Shown here: positions 1 through 12,103 of the stretch, in pieces
Numbering within the stretch: position 1 is the first letter of the stretch
Layout of the letters: every line of letters starts with the position of its first letter
NCBI GenBank assembly: GCA_900617105.1
Contig: UYFQ01000288.1
Location: forward strand, 1 to 36,730
Length of the DNA stretch: 36,730 nucleotides
Direction: 5' to 3'
Origin: Hydrurus foetidus
Lineage: Eukaryota
Notes under the pieces: generated by a model
Told to the model about the DNA's origin: nothing
The model's input: the letters and a program-made list of their open reading frames with translations, nothing else
The model's database searches: none
Made by a program: the position numbers and the translations under genes

Positions 1-2
1 TC

Positions 3-2763
3 GATGGTACACCAACTGAGATTGCCGAAATTAAGGCGATTTGCATAAAACACAAATCGCTTTTCAAAAACGAGCTGGGTCCAGAACCCGCTCGAATTCC
101 TCCTTTTGATTTCAAAAAGGTAAACATACCTCAATGGAAACACTTCCGTAATCGGGGTGCTCCCAGAGTCGCTTCAACTATGCGACAAGAGGAAATCAGG
201 AAACAAATCGTAGCAATGCTCAAAAAGGGAATAATAAAACCATCAGATGCCTCATATTACTCCCAAGTAATACTTGCAAATAAGCCAGACGGTTCACTCC
301 GATTCTGCATAGATTACAGGAACCTCAATGAGGCAACCGAATCTGCAAGTTGGCCGATCCCAAATATAAAACAAATGTTATGCAGACTTGGCGCCCAACG
401 GCCAAACGTATTCGGCGTAATCGACCTTACGGCCGGACACCACCAAGCCCCAATAACACTGGCGGCACAAGTATTTACCGCATTTATAAAATTTATGGGT
501 ATATACCAATTCACACGACTACCATTCGGTCCCAAGATGGCCCCATCATACTTTCAACAGATGATGGCGTCAATAGTACTACTTGGCCTTATATACAGCA
601 TCTGTGAAGTCTATTTAGACGACATCATCATATATGCTGATGGACACATACAATTCTGTGAACGTTTAGAAACATTGTTTCAACGTCTAGAAGATAAAAA
701 CATTTCACTCAAGGCTGCAAAGCTAAGACTTAACGTCAAAGTAGTTGAATATGTAGGTAGACAAATATCTAAGGAAGGTATATCAATGAGCTCCAAAAAG
801 ATAACGGGTGTGACTGACTTTCCGATGCCAAGAAAGACAACTGAACTACGTTCGTTCCTCGGTCTCACCAATTACTTTAGGGATCATGTACCAAATCACT
901 CAAATGTGGTAGCACCGCTACACAAAATGATAGATCACGCCGCCAAAAAGCAAACATTGCTTGTCTGGACAGACGAAGCGGCCGACGCGTTTACGTTAGT
1001 CAAAGATCTTATCTCCAAGAGTCCCTTATTATATTTCATCGACGATGTAGCACCTATTACCCTCATGACAGATGCGTCTGATTACGGTATAGGTGGTTAT
1101 TTATATCAAGAAGTCGACGGAGTCAAACAACTCGTCGCTCTCGTAAGCAAATCTCTTACCAAGACCCAGTTGAAATGGTCCGTAATACAAAAAGAGGCTT
1201 ACGCCCTTTATTTTTGCTGTGACTATCTCGACGCCCTGCTACGAGATCGTAAGTTTACTATCCTGACCGATCACAAAAATCTTACTTTCCTGCACAAGGA
1301 TAAAAACGAGATGGTCGGAAGATGGCGCTGTGCGCTACAGGAATTAGACTTTACGATAGGGTATATCCCTGGGAAAATAATGAAGTCGCTGACGCAATGT
1401 CACGCCTATGTAAAAACAAGATGCCGAAACACATCATAACAGCAATCCTTACTTGCAAACCGATTGCAGCGGAAATATATGCATACTTAATGCGTGCCCA
1501 CAACTCTACCGTTGGGCACGGAGGATTCAATCGCACTTTGCGAAACCTAAAAAAATAGGGAAAGTATGGGAAGGCATGAGACACGATATAAGAGCATACA
1601 TTAAACAATGCCCGTGTTGCCAAAAGATGTCTGCTGACAAACAAAAACCCGTCACCCATCGTTTCACAACATCAACATATGCACCTATGGAATGCATAAA
1701 CATAGACTTTATTGGTCCATTCCCGGATAAAGGATACATCCTTGTTATGGTAGACACCTTCACAAGGTTTGTCGAACTATCAGCCACAACTGATAATACT
1801 GCAAAATCGGCCGTAACAGGCCTAATAGAACACATCGGTCGCTACGGAGCTCCCAAATTCCTGCGATCCGATAACGGTTCCCATTTCGTAAACAAAATCC
1901 TCGAGGAATTTGTAAAAGTTGCCGGTACAACACACAACCTTATTCTACCATACTCTTCGCAAGAAAACTCGATAGTAGAGCGTATGAATAAGGAAATTAA
2001 CCGACACATCACGGCATTTACATTTGACCGTGCAACTACGGAAAACTACCGAGAAATTTTACCATTCGTACAACGAATTATAAATACGACATTCAACGTA
2101 AGGACACAGTCAACAGCAGCAAAGCTTATATACGGCAATGCTATTGACCTTGATGCCAACATCCTTCTCCCTCGAGATGAGATAAACTTAGACATGGCTC
2201 ATGTCACCCATTCTACTGAGAAAATTATGCAGATGCAAGATGAACTCATCAGAATCACTGCTGAACTACTCAAAGAAGCGGACGAGAAACGCAAAGCAGG
2301 CGGTTCCACCGACTACACAACGTTCGAAATCGACTCGTTGGTACTGGTTACCCACCGCACATCAAAACCAACACGCATGCACACTTTATGGAAAGGTCCC
2401 ATGCAAGTGGTCGCTAACGATCTCGACGAGTATACACTACTCGATCTTATTACCAACCGCGAAAAAAGATACCATGTATCAAATATTAAACAATTTGAGT
2501 TTGACCCTACAAAGGTCAACCCAACCGATATCGCCCGACGAGATTATCTCGAATTCTTTATCGAAGATATCCTAGCAATGGAAGGGAACATCCGAGTGGT
2601 GGGAACATTAAAGTTTCACGTCAAGTGGCTAAACTATCCCCACGACAGAAACACTTGGGAACCGTGGAAAAACATGCGTGACGCTGAAAAAGTCCACGAG
2701 TTCTTAATTGCTAAAAACCTAAAACACTTGATTCCAAGTAAATTCGCTGAAAATTATCGTTAA
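3..2763 (+). pseudogene. pol: Gypsy pol (RT-RNaseH-integrase-chromodomain), frameshifted
   Basis: Frame is open from base 3. Motifs: RT (LRFCIDYR, LPFG, YLDD), RNase H (TDAS, TDH), HHCC (AHNSTVGH...CPCC), integrase core (IDFIGP, SDNG, VERMN), GPY-like (WKGPMQV) and chromodomain (VKWLNYPHDRNTWEP). Two frameshifts in A-runs near 1375 and 1550 split it into three ORFs. Confidence 0.93.
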
Positions 2764-2899
2764 CCGATATACAGTAGGAAACATATAGGTTTATTAAAAA
2801 AAAAAAAAAAACTCAACGTTCAACATGAAATAGTAGTTATATGTTAGTATTTAAGCATAGATAAATTGTTCATGAAAAATTTAGTACACCCTTTTTTTC

Positions 2900-2911
2900 G
2901 AGAGAGGGAGG
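2900..2911 (+). other. Polypurine tract of Gypsy element
   Basis: GAGAGAGGGAGG lies 4 nt before the TGTGAC start of the LTR. Confidence 0.85.
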
Positions 2912-2915
2912 CCAT

Positions 2916-3132
2916 TGTGACCCGCACAGCTGTACAGCTGTACGGGTACCGGCGTACGTTCGGTTCGGATCGGGGACGATCCGAGCCATCCGATTCATGA
3001 CTTGCCTATCTCTGTGTTTATCTGTAAGCTAACCACATCTCTTTAGCAATAGCACCAGCACAACAGCTGCCTTCCTCTTGCCCCCGCGCCCTGTCCCAGC
3101 AGTCCCACCGCCGAGCCCATAGTTAGGCCACA
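2916..3132 (+). repeat. 3' LTR (217 bp, TGTG...CACA)
   Basis: Follows the PPT and aligns with 35075-35292. Similarity starts at TGTGACCCGCACA and ends at AGGCCACA in both copies. Confidence 0.88.
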
Positions 3133-4301
3133 GTAGCTATTTCTAAAATGAAGCGGAAGGGCTTCTCAGGAAAGAATTCTTAGGAGATTCCTCGTCAAAA
3201 CTATTTATTCAGTACAGAACAAATCATTCAGTATAACTACACCGCAAAGCCTACGGCAGTTACGGTCGGTTCTTTATGCACAGCATACACCGCTATTTCA
3301 CGAGCCATTTTAATAACCCACGCTTTTACGTATAGATAACGTAATAACCGTACTGTTTCAAAAGTGTACGTGATCTTTCTGAGAAGACCATCACTATCAT
3401 ATCAGCTCTCAGCAGTAGCGCATCAAACAGCAGAACACATATATCGCGAAGGACATTGATGATCCTCGCTGAGTGAAATCGAGGAGACGTCGTGTCGTCC
3501 ACCTCTGGAGAAGCGGCCAAATTTTCTGCGCATACAATGTGCGTATTCTTCCGCTTCATTGGCTAAAATGGAATGCTCCAAAATTCATTTTGATGCCAAG
3601 TTTCTCAGAGGGCTCGGAGTAAATATCTGAAGCCAAAAACTATGGCTAGCGTAAAGTTCTATAGTTTGGCATTAAGTCGCGTCAAGAAAGCAGGTAAATT
3701 TGTTCAACTGAAGCCAAAAGTCACTATGATGGATGTCTCACCAAATGGTCAACCCACCGAAATTTTTCCCAACCTCTTCGAGCGTCTTCTGGAGGTTTCA
3801 TTAGTCGGAGGATGCTGAGGGATGAAGATACCGCCATTCAGATTCTCCGGGAGGCTGACAGTTCTCTTGATATCACTGATTTGGTGAAGATTTTTTGATG
3901 AGCAAGATTTTCAATATATCATCAACTAGTTACAGGAATTATTTTTCAGATGACCCATAATTAATGAAATCTTTTATAGTGTCACTAGATCGCAAATATT
4001 CTGATCGTCTCGGTGGGGAAAGCTTCTAATTGGATATTTGGAGTAGGCAGATTTTGGGCAAAAAAAGCAGGTATCTGGACATCCTGTTGCTCAGAGCTGG
4101 TATCGAAGATACGTTTGATTACTACAGTAACCAAAACAAGATTAAGTAAATATTACAGACCTGAAATATTGAGGAGAGCTACGTTTGATTACTAAGGTAA
4201 ACAGAAAAAAATTGAATAGTCATACTGGATGTGTAATACTGAGGTGCGGATAGTAATACTGAGGTGCGGAATAATCATACGAGTTAGCACTCGAGAGCCA
4301 T

Positions 4302-6549
4302 TTAAACATCTACAGCTACAGCTACAGCAAGCAATGCAAGCTTTCTCATCTTCTCATGTCGGAGAATCCTGTCGTAGAATGACACATACATTGCATCGCC
4401 GTAATGTCTCATTCCAATTCCTGCTCGGTCAATCCTGGCGACAAAAGTGCGCACAATTCGTCGAAATCTGCTGCAAATTTCACTCTACTCTGAGTTATGC
4501 TCAATGTCGACAAGTCCAAAGTATCATCTCTCGCCTTCAGCAAACTTTCGATTTTATTCATAACAGATTAAGCCCTCGATAGATATGATAAGTGACGATT
4601 CGTCTGATAATTGAATGGCGAATGCTTTTTAAATGGTGCCATATTCTTGGAAACATCTCCAAACCACCACAGATCCCAGAGACATCTGACTGTGCATCTG
4701 TGTGATCGTAAAAAGTGCTTCAGATGGGGTTGGGGAACTAGTTGGGTGCAAGCAATTCGAGTTCAACAAATACTGACTTACACAGGAAACGCGAAGTTCT
4801 CAGGAACAGGATGTAGTTTCCCTTTCCAGCTCCATAAGGTGTAATTGCTCGCAAGAGGAGGGAGTCCCTCTCTCTCCTCGACTACCGCTGCGGTCGGAGT
4901 AGCTGCATCTCGGTCGCGATTAGCGAGGGTAAGAAGTGATGCCTCGATTGTACTCTTGAGATCATCGATGGAGGATTTCATCATGTCTTGCATCTCATGC
5001 CGAGTAATGGGCACTGTGCCCTCAATCTGGAAGTTTTCTAGCATAGTGTGCTTTAGAGCTTCAGGGAGCTGCTCGAGATTCGCAATGATTTCTTCTCTGA
5101 AGATACCAATGTCGTGTCGCAGATCAACTATACTGTTGGCGAGAACCAGATGTAGTGGAACACCGGTTGCTGATAATTTGCTGATCGGGTTACGATTACA
5201 TCCGGCCCCGACCAAGGCTTTCAGTCGGACAAGAATTCCACTTGTCCACACCATTTGAAGAAACAACGGATGCCTAGAATTTGTCGTCTTCAGTGCAGCT
5301 AGGTATGGCTGATAATAAACAAGTGAGGCCAAGAGATAAGGAATAACTTCCCTGAAATTTGGTGGATAGAAGTTGGAATAGCCTGGTAAGACTTCCTCCC
5401 ATTCTGCAGATGAGAGACAGTCTCCGCTACTGTGCAGAAAATGAGGGGGTAAATTCGCGAATGACACATCAGTGAGAGGCACTCCAGATGCAGCACGGCC
5501 ACACACTTGATCACCTCCCTCACCCTCAAGGATATACCGAGATTGCACAGGTCCTAGACTCCACCCAGCTCTGAGATAGATTGCGATAGCAGTAGGCCCA
5601 CCTGGGGTCCCACTCAAGAATGAGGTTATACCTTTCCGAAAGGAATGAGTACCTATCATAGATATCTCAACGCCTTGATTCAAGAGGACATCCTTATGCA
5701 AGGAGCACAAATTGCCCAGCCACTTGCTGAAGCGACTCTCGGCGTCGCCAGCAAATATCGTCATTTTTGATCCATCCCTTTCATATCCCCGTGTAAAAAT
5801 GTAAACTGCAAAACTTAGAATCGGGCACACTGATGGCTCTGCTATATTAGCGTACACGTGCTTCGGAAGAGCGTTCCGGCCTTCCTTGTCACCCTTATGG
5901 GAGGGAAACACAATGACCATTGAATCATTCTCCCACGATATGTGATTATACATCAGCCCGCCAACAGATACACATCGAGCGATAAGATTCCAGCACAGCA
6001 GTAGATACAAATGCGAAAATATAGCCAAGTTGTAGTCTTTAACTTGCTCCGACGCCTTTGCAGCCAGAAATTTGTACCCTCGAAATTACATCGGCTGTTT
6101 GCCTTCAACGGTGGGCATTATTCCATCCTGCTTCAGCTTTGCTACTTGTCGCACATAACCTTCAAAAACTGCTTCATCATTTTTACTATATCCGCGGAAA
6201 TATTGACCTCCATGTTCGAATTGTAATCCTTAATTGCTGATTTATAACCGCTGACATGCTGGAAAGCATGAAAAACTACAGGATCATGATAAGTCCCATT
6301 TTTGTCCTTCTTTTTGCAGATATGTCCGAAGAAATCCCTTAGAGTGGATTTATCTACTCGATTCAGATTGATCGTTCCATCTTCGTTTAAGCAGTCTGGA
6401 TGTTTGCTATCAATCCACTTCCTAAAGTGCTCAATTTTCAAACGATACTGATTTTTTGTATTGGCGCACTTGCATTCATCCATAATCTCGAGAGCTAGTA
6501 ACCTCTCATCACTTTCATCCTCAACCTCATTAACATCGTCGTCTGCCAT
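4302..6549 (-). pseudogene. Crypton tyrosine recombinase with C-terminal GCR1_C-like domain, disrupted
   Basis: YR motifs WNLIAR, SHKGD, GTHSFRKG and RAGW...SRY. Intron 4698-4781 joins FAFPV to CTVRCLWDLWWFG (GCR1_C-like). Lesions: frameshift near 6165, in-frame TAA at 6086-6088 and 4568-4570, and a frameshift or stop near 4410. Confidence 0.88.
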
Positions 6550-6980
6550 GATGTAAAAGTGTCTGCTTGTTGTTGTTGTGAATGATATTCGAGATATGAG
6601 AGCGCTGGTTGCAAATGAACATTATGCCACGTATACCAGCATACGTAAGATCCAAATCATTTTAAATCATGCCTCCTGCGAGTGTGCAACACCACTATAA
6701 AAATAAAAATACATTTTCAAACTATCGCTTTTACGTATTAGGCCAATCCTTAACGTATCCAAAAAAGTCATAATTTGTTCTTTTTTTGGATGAGAATTGA
6801 CCGGGGGACATTTCGTAACCATACAAAATGACGTGTCCTGAAATTTGAAATTCCATTTTATTTTCGGATGACGAAATCCTACTAGGAAACGGCTCTCTTT
6901 CCTAGTCGGATTTGACCATCCAAAATCATACATCCCTTAGAATCCTCGTCAGACATAGATCACAATATCATCAACCAAAA

Positions 6981-8866
6981 ATGGTGAAAGTGAAACCTGA
7001 GAGTGCGAAGCTACCGAAGAAGGGTAAGCCTATAGCCGCTAAAGTTTCTGCCAAGCAGCCAACTCGTTCATCGCCTCGTTCGCCTACGGCGAGGTCCAAC
7101 ACGGCGTCAAATCGTGATGGTTCATCAATTCTTGACGCCCAGCAGCAGAAATCCTACAAGGCGTGGATTGCGGAGATCAAGCAAATCCAAGGATTATTGA
7201 TCTGTCAATGTGTTCTCTCTATTCAGTCGAAGAGCTACTGCACGCAAACTGCCCAAGACGAATTGTTCGTCATCAACTTTCCTCTTTTCTACGATATATG
7301 GTGCAAAGATCCTGTTCTCGGAAGCCATGTCAGTAAAATTCCCTTGCTATATTTGACCATCGGTACCAGCAAAGCAATGGAGACAATCACTGGAGAGAAA
7401 ATGCGCAAGAAATATAGCTCTATGAAAACCTACATCAACAATACTCTAACTCCCATCTACAAAAGGTTAGTGATTTGTTAAGCAGAAGTTGTCTACCGTT
7501 TTCTGATTCTCTGCTGTAATCATAGGCTTACAAGGAATGGCATTCCTTCAGGGAAGAACGAAGGAGACGTCCTAAATGAGGTTCGCAAGGAAGCCCATTC
7601 CGTGAGAGGGAAGTCGGCAAATGATGATCCACAGGAGGAAGCTGATGATTCACTCAACTCATCACTCAGTGACAACGTCAAATGCCGCCGTATCTGCCAG
7701 TTCATCTTCTACCTCATCCTCCAACTCAGCATATGTTTTTATAAAAGCGAAGGAAGATTGGGAGAATTGGTATCCCATGGAGTGGATTGCATGGACCACT
7801 TTTGGAGTACCTTCTGATGAACCTACTGTGCATTGGGTAAACGAGGCAATTGAAGATGGTCCTGAAGTTACAGAGGGAAGGAAGAAGCCTCTTGGCAGAG
7901 TTGACCAAAGAAGAAAAGAGAATGAACTCAAAGCAACCACCAAAGCAACAACAGAAATCAGTGCTCTAAGAATTACTGAAACCACTCTCCACCAGAGGGA
8001 AGTCACTATGGCTGAGAGAGATAATGATCTCAATCGCATATCCTTCTTCATGACATTTTCGAAGACTCCTGCAGCGATCGTAAGTACATTTTTTGTCACT
8101 TTCTTTTTGGTATTTTTATCAATTATTTATCGTAACAACATATGAGTATTTTTTGAAAGCTGACTGATGTCGCTGACAATATCCTAAACGTGAACAAGGC
8201 GAAGCCCTGGCAAAAAAATCTAATTAAAATGTCTTGTGTAAATTTTAGGAAAGAGCGGAAAAACTACTGGAATTATACATGGTCCATGAAAATGATCGTC
8301 TGAGCAGCAAATTCAGTCAACAACCAACTAGCAGCTCCAATATACTTACTCAGCCACTTTCTACAATGACAATACAAGTTGCAGAGCAACTTCCATCTGT
8401 ATCAGTTAAAGAACCGTATGTTGAAGAAGAAGACGCAGATGAGGAAGATGCCTTCGAAAATTTATCTCCCTACTCTCCTAATTATGAGGATGGAAACCCC
8501 TTCTCTCTAGATGACGATACCCAGATGCCTCCTGAATCCCCCAAATTTGCTGAATCACCCCTGGTCAGTAATATTCCGATTGTCGAACTTAGAGTAGTTA
8601 CAAGGCATGCTGCCAAAGTGATGAAAAAAAACAAATATGAGGAAATTGATGAATTCTTACTCAGAAGGTATCCATTCACATCTGAACCTGGTATATTATG
8701 TATTCAAAAATTTGATCCCGTTTCTGCTACTATAGATTATCAATTACTGCTCGAAATTGATGAGAAAAATGACCCAAAATTACGGTTTGTTAAGGCATGG
8801 CTTCAAAGACTAAAAATTGCTTTAATTAAGACAAGAGCTGACTCAGACGATGATTTAGATCTTTAA
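6981..8866 (+). CDS. Harbinger accessory (putative DNA-binding) protein, 3 exons, one apparent frameshift
   Basis: Lies inside the TIRs, convergent with the transposase. GT-AG introns at 7466-7525 and 8080-8248 join the ORF fragments in frame. Exon 2 changes frame around 7660-7680. Confidence 0.6.
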
Positions 8867-8915
8867 ATTTTGACATAAATTTTTATTATTTAATAAATTA
8901 AGCGTGTATATATAA

Positions 8916-10418
8916 TTAAATTTGAATCCATTTTAATTTGCCTTCAAGGTATTGGTTGGTGAGATGCTTAACAAGTTTACTACGAAGATCAATAAATTTA
9001 TCAGAAGTCTCTATGTCTTCCACATCTAAGCGATTAGCAAAATTAATATTATTAATATTTCTATCATATGTTCCGACTGATGAATGGTCTACATTATTCT
9101 CTACAGTTCTAACTACCCTTCTCCTAATTTTGTCTAAAACAACTTGTTCCTCTTTGTCATTATGTGCATTATATAATTCATTTTCCCATTTTTCATCATA
9201 CCCATCAAATTCATGCAACATATTGTGAAGTATGACACATGAAAAAACAGCGTTATCAATATCATTTTTGTTGTGCCAATTAATTCCAATTTTTAGTAAT
9301 TGAAATCTTTTTTTTAAAATACCAAAAGAACATTCAACATCTTTTCGAATACTCTCCGCAAATTCTGACCATCTAATCTCATCAATATCAGGAGTGTGTT
9401 TAATAGGGCATTGCATAATACGCCATTTGTGATAACCACCATCTACTAATAAATATACACCTTTTTCTGTAATCCATTCATTAGGACTTATTTGAAGCTC
9501 ATACTGTGCATTAGTGAAACGTTTCTTGGTTCTAATATCCTGAACAAATCCATCAAATTTGACGATTGTTTTATCTGAAGTGGTCCCATAATGTCCTATA
9601 GTCGTAGCTTGAAATTTTTTAGAATGAGTTACTGTCATCTCGTAGGCAATTGACGTAAAGGTATGTTTCCCATTCCGATATGTTGTTGCCTCTACTGAAG
9701 GACACTTTTCCCACCTAATGTGAACACAATCAGTAGATCCAATACACCCTGGAAATCCACTCGCCGCATAGAGTCCAGAGACACTTTCCATTTCTGAATT
9801 ATTACGAGGACCATGAACATAAGAGGGGTACATTTCCTTAGCAAATCTTGCAATGAAGGCTAATGTCCATCTTCTATGAACTTCTGCTGAAACACCAGAA
9901 AGTTCATACAAAAGGTCCCAACTACAACCTTTACCAAGAATTCGCAGAGTTCCCAGTAACTTAAGCTCTATTGGTGAAACCTCCTTTCCATACGCATCAG
10001 ACAATCTTTGAGGGAACCATGCATTTGCCATTAACAATAACTCTTGAAATAATTGAAATGGTACTGTAAAGCGATTGCGGAATGTTTTCCCATCACGACT
10101 AGTCAAATCGGATAGGTTGTCCCTCTGTAAGAAATTCCACCAACAGCTTTCTCTGTAATTCTCCCTAATGTATGATTTTCTTTTAGTTGGCTGCTTTGCT
10201 TCCATTTCACCATCTTCATCAACTTCTTCTCCTTCATCATCTACTTCCCCAGCCTTCTCAACATCGCTGGCAGCATCACTTTCGGCATTAAGCTTCCTTC
10301 TAGCTCGACCACGTTTCAGGAGATCAGTTAACGAAGGGACATTATTCTTTATCCATTGTTCCATGTTTAAATTGTGATGTTGACGATGAAATGCACGATG
10401 TAAAATGGAGTCTTCCAT
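8916..10418 (-). CDS. PIF/Harbinger DDE transposase (HARBI1 / plant-transposon-protein type), intact 500-aa ORF
   Basis: Motifs GFPGCIGSTDCVH, YLLVDGGY, RKDVECSFGILKKRF and CVILHNM. Confidence 0.93.
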   Translation of the reverse strand: MEDSILHRAFHRQHHNLNMEQWIKNNVPSLTDLLKRGRARRKLNAESDAASDVEKAGEVDDEGEEVDEDGEMEAKQPTKRKSYIRENYRESCWWNFLQRDNLSDLTSRDGKTFRNRFTVPFQLFQELLLMANAWFPQRLSDAYGKEVSPIELKLLGTLRILGKGCSWDLLYELSGVSAEVHRRWTLAFIARFAKEMYPSYVHGPRNNSEMESVSGLYAASGFPGCIGSTDCVHIRWEKCPSVEATTYRNGKHTFTSIAYEMTVTHSKKFQATTIGHYGTTSDKTIVKFDGFVQDIRTKKRFTNAQYELQISPNEWITEKGVYLLVDGGYHKWRIMQCPIKHTPDIDEIRWSEFAESIRKDVECSFGILKKRFQLLKIGINWHNKNDIDNAVFSCVILHNMLHEFDGYDEKWENELYNAHNDKEEQVVLDKIRRRVVRTVENNVDHSSVGTYDRNINNINFANRLDVEDIETSDKFIDLRSKLVKHLTNQYLEGKLKWIQI

Positions 10419-10805
10419 AAAATAAACATCTTTTTAGATGAAAATATATTTTGATATGGATGAACATTACGGCACAATCTATCCGAAAAAATCAAAAAAT
10501 ATCCAAAAAAATGGTAAAGTATAATTTTGGATAAAGATAACCATACGGCACACTATCTAAATGCATTTTATCCAGAAAAAGTTGTCCAGAATTTTAAATT
10601 CGGATTTTTTTTTTGGATAATGTTAAGGAATGGCCCTATGTAATACGTGATCGGTCTAAAAATACGTACTCCATATACGTAAAAGCGGCACATTTCACTG
10701 TGAGTCTCATCTGGCTGGGCCGCTATACCACCATCCGCTGTGTGCTGTGTACGGTACACACGTTATACGCGGTATAACACTTTACCCAGTCATGCCCATG
10801 GCCTA

Positions 10806-12103
10806 GAGTGGGGGACCTAATTAAGAACTGCTCTCCAAGATTAATTCCAGTAAACGGACTATCAACCGGATGGTACTTCTGAGTACATTTCTGTACTCGT
10901 CTGATACTCTAGAAAATTGTAGGCTGTCTAATTTTTGATATAGATGACTGGAAAGGAGTTATATTTGGGGGGTCTAAATGTGTCAGAATAATCATTTCTT
11001 AATAGAAGTCAATGTACGATTTTAGCCCAATTTTCGTGAAACGGATTCTGCAACTAGCCGAATCTGGTCGTGGACGGCTAAAAAGACACCGTTAAAGCAA
11101 AGCTAACCGGTTAACCGTAAGATAGTTCAAATCGGTCCCCGTAGGATGGAAAGGAAACGTTGCCTGCTGCAACTTTGTGACATTTGCAAACGTGTCCCGA
11201 CAACTTTCGTTTTGAAGATCAGTATCTGTCTGCGTTGCAAAATTGCCCTCCCCCGTATCCAAGAATATGAATCATTTTTTGATCATGATGGCCTCAGCGA
11301 AAGTGAATGCTGCCATGAAAAAAACAGTGCCGATTGCACCAAAAGTTGTTCAGAAAGTTGTTGAAAAGTTTTTCGAGGAGAAAGCGAACATGGAAGGGGG
11401 AAAATGCCCCCTGCAAACCAGAGTTGGAGAAAAGCCACAGCAGCGGGATTTATTGGTCAGCTGCTGCATCTGGTGTGATCTGCAGAGAATGCCTTGTGTC
11501 GATTGTGATGTTCCATTTGGCCCTATTCCAACTCGTTGGAGTTGGGAGTTGAGGGTTTTGGAGTTGGTAAAAATAGCCCGTAAAATTTTAACGGGCTTTT
11601 TTACCAACTCCATTTTCGTTTTCAGACTCCAAAATCTAAATCGTGGAGTTGGACCCGCACCTTTTGAGTTGGGGTGAAACACCCAGTAAAAGAATGTAAA
11701 ACTCGAATTCTGGTGGTGCACTGGGAAATCCGGTGTTCACGTGACTGGCGAATTTTACCAACTCCAAATCCCCAACTCCTCAACGACATCCAAAACGAAG
11801 GAGTTGGATGAATTTTAGGCCTAAAATTTTAGTCTTTTTTACAGCTCCAACCCAACTCCAACGAGTTGGAATAGGGCCAATTGAGGTTTTGAAAAATGTC
11901 AGATCCCAACTATGCCATTTCCGTATTTTAAAATTCCGTGTGAGACGTTTTCCGCATTCCGGATAACGATTTCGTACTTCTCAGTGGTCCTATAATCACC
12001 CTTTAAACGATATTTTATTTCACGGATTTAGAGTAATTTCCGTAGAATTTTGGAAAAAAAAGCGTTCTTAATTGGAGTTTAAGAAATAAAGGGTCCCCCA
12101 CTC
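10806..12103. mobile_element. Non-autonomous TIR DNA element flanked by TA
   Basis: TA+GAGTGGGGGACC (10804-10817) is the exact reverse complement of GGTCCCCCACTC+TA (12092-12105). A second inverted block is AATTAAGAAC (10819-10828) with GTTCTTAATT (12064-12073). No transposase seen. Confidence 0.65.
11518..11879. mobile_element. MITE (362 bp), Harbinger/PHIS-like
   Basis: Perfect 29-bp TIR TGGCCCTATTCCAACTCGTTGGAGTTGGG / CCCAACTCCAACGAGTTGGAATAGGGCCA. ATT is duplicated at 11515-11517 and 11880-11882. Internal GAGTTGG/CCAACTC repeats. Confidence 0.9.

Larger units (their letters stand above)
1..3132 (+). mobile_element. Ty3/Gypsy chromodomain-containing LTR retrotransposon, 3' half (5' part outside window)
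   Basis: Pol domains in Gypsy order (RT, RNase H, integrase, chromodomain), then a polypurine tract at 2900-2911 and a TG...CA LTR at 2916-3132. Confidence 0.95.
6741..10635. mobile_element. PIF/Harbinger-superfamily DNA transposon (3.9 kb, two convergent genes)
   Basis: TIR GGCCAATCCTTAACGTATCCAAAAAA from 6741 matches the reverse complement of TTTTTTGGATAATGTTAAGGAATGGCC ending at 10635. Flanks are TTA and CTA (TWA-type TSD with one mismatch). ATCC(A/G)AAAA motifs recur near both ends. Confidence 0.88.
3279..10749 (-). mobile_element. Crypton (CryptonS-like) tyrosine-recombinase DNA transposon, boundaries approximate, interrupted by a Harbinger
   Basis: YR gene at 4302-6549. Perfect inverted 14-mer CGCTTTTACGTATA at 3321-3334 and 10674-10687; outer 12/14 inverted pair at 3279-3292 and 10736-10749. 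Exact termini not resolved. Confidence 0.6.

Noticed and set aside
1370..1560. Programmed frameshifting in Gypsy pol
   Set aside because: The shifts fall at the end of RNase H and within the integrase zinc finger, in A-runs. Decay or homopolymer sequencing error is more likely.
4110..4270. Short direct repeats as a CRISPR-like array
   Set aside because: Only two copies of each, no spacer series, eukaryotic context and no cas genes.
11146..11721. Short ORFs, including one with CDIC...CLRC
   Set aside because: They lie inside or cross non-autonomous elements and have no recognisable domain.
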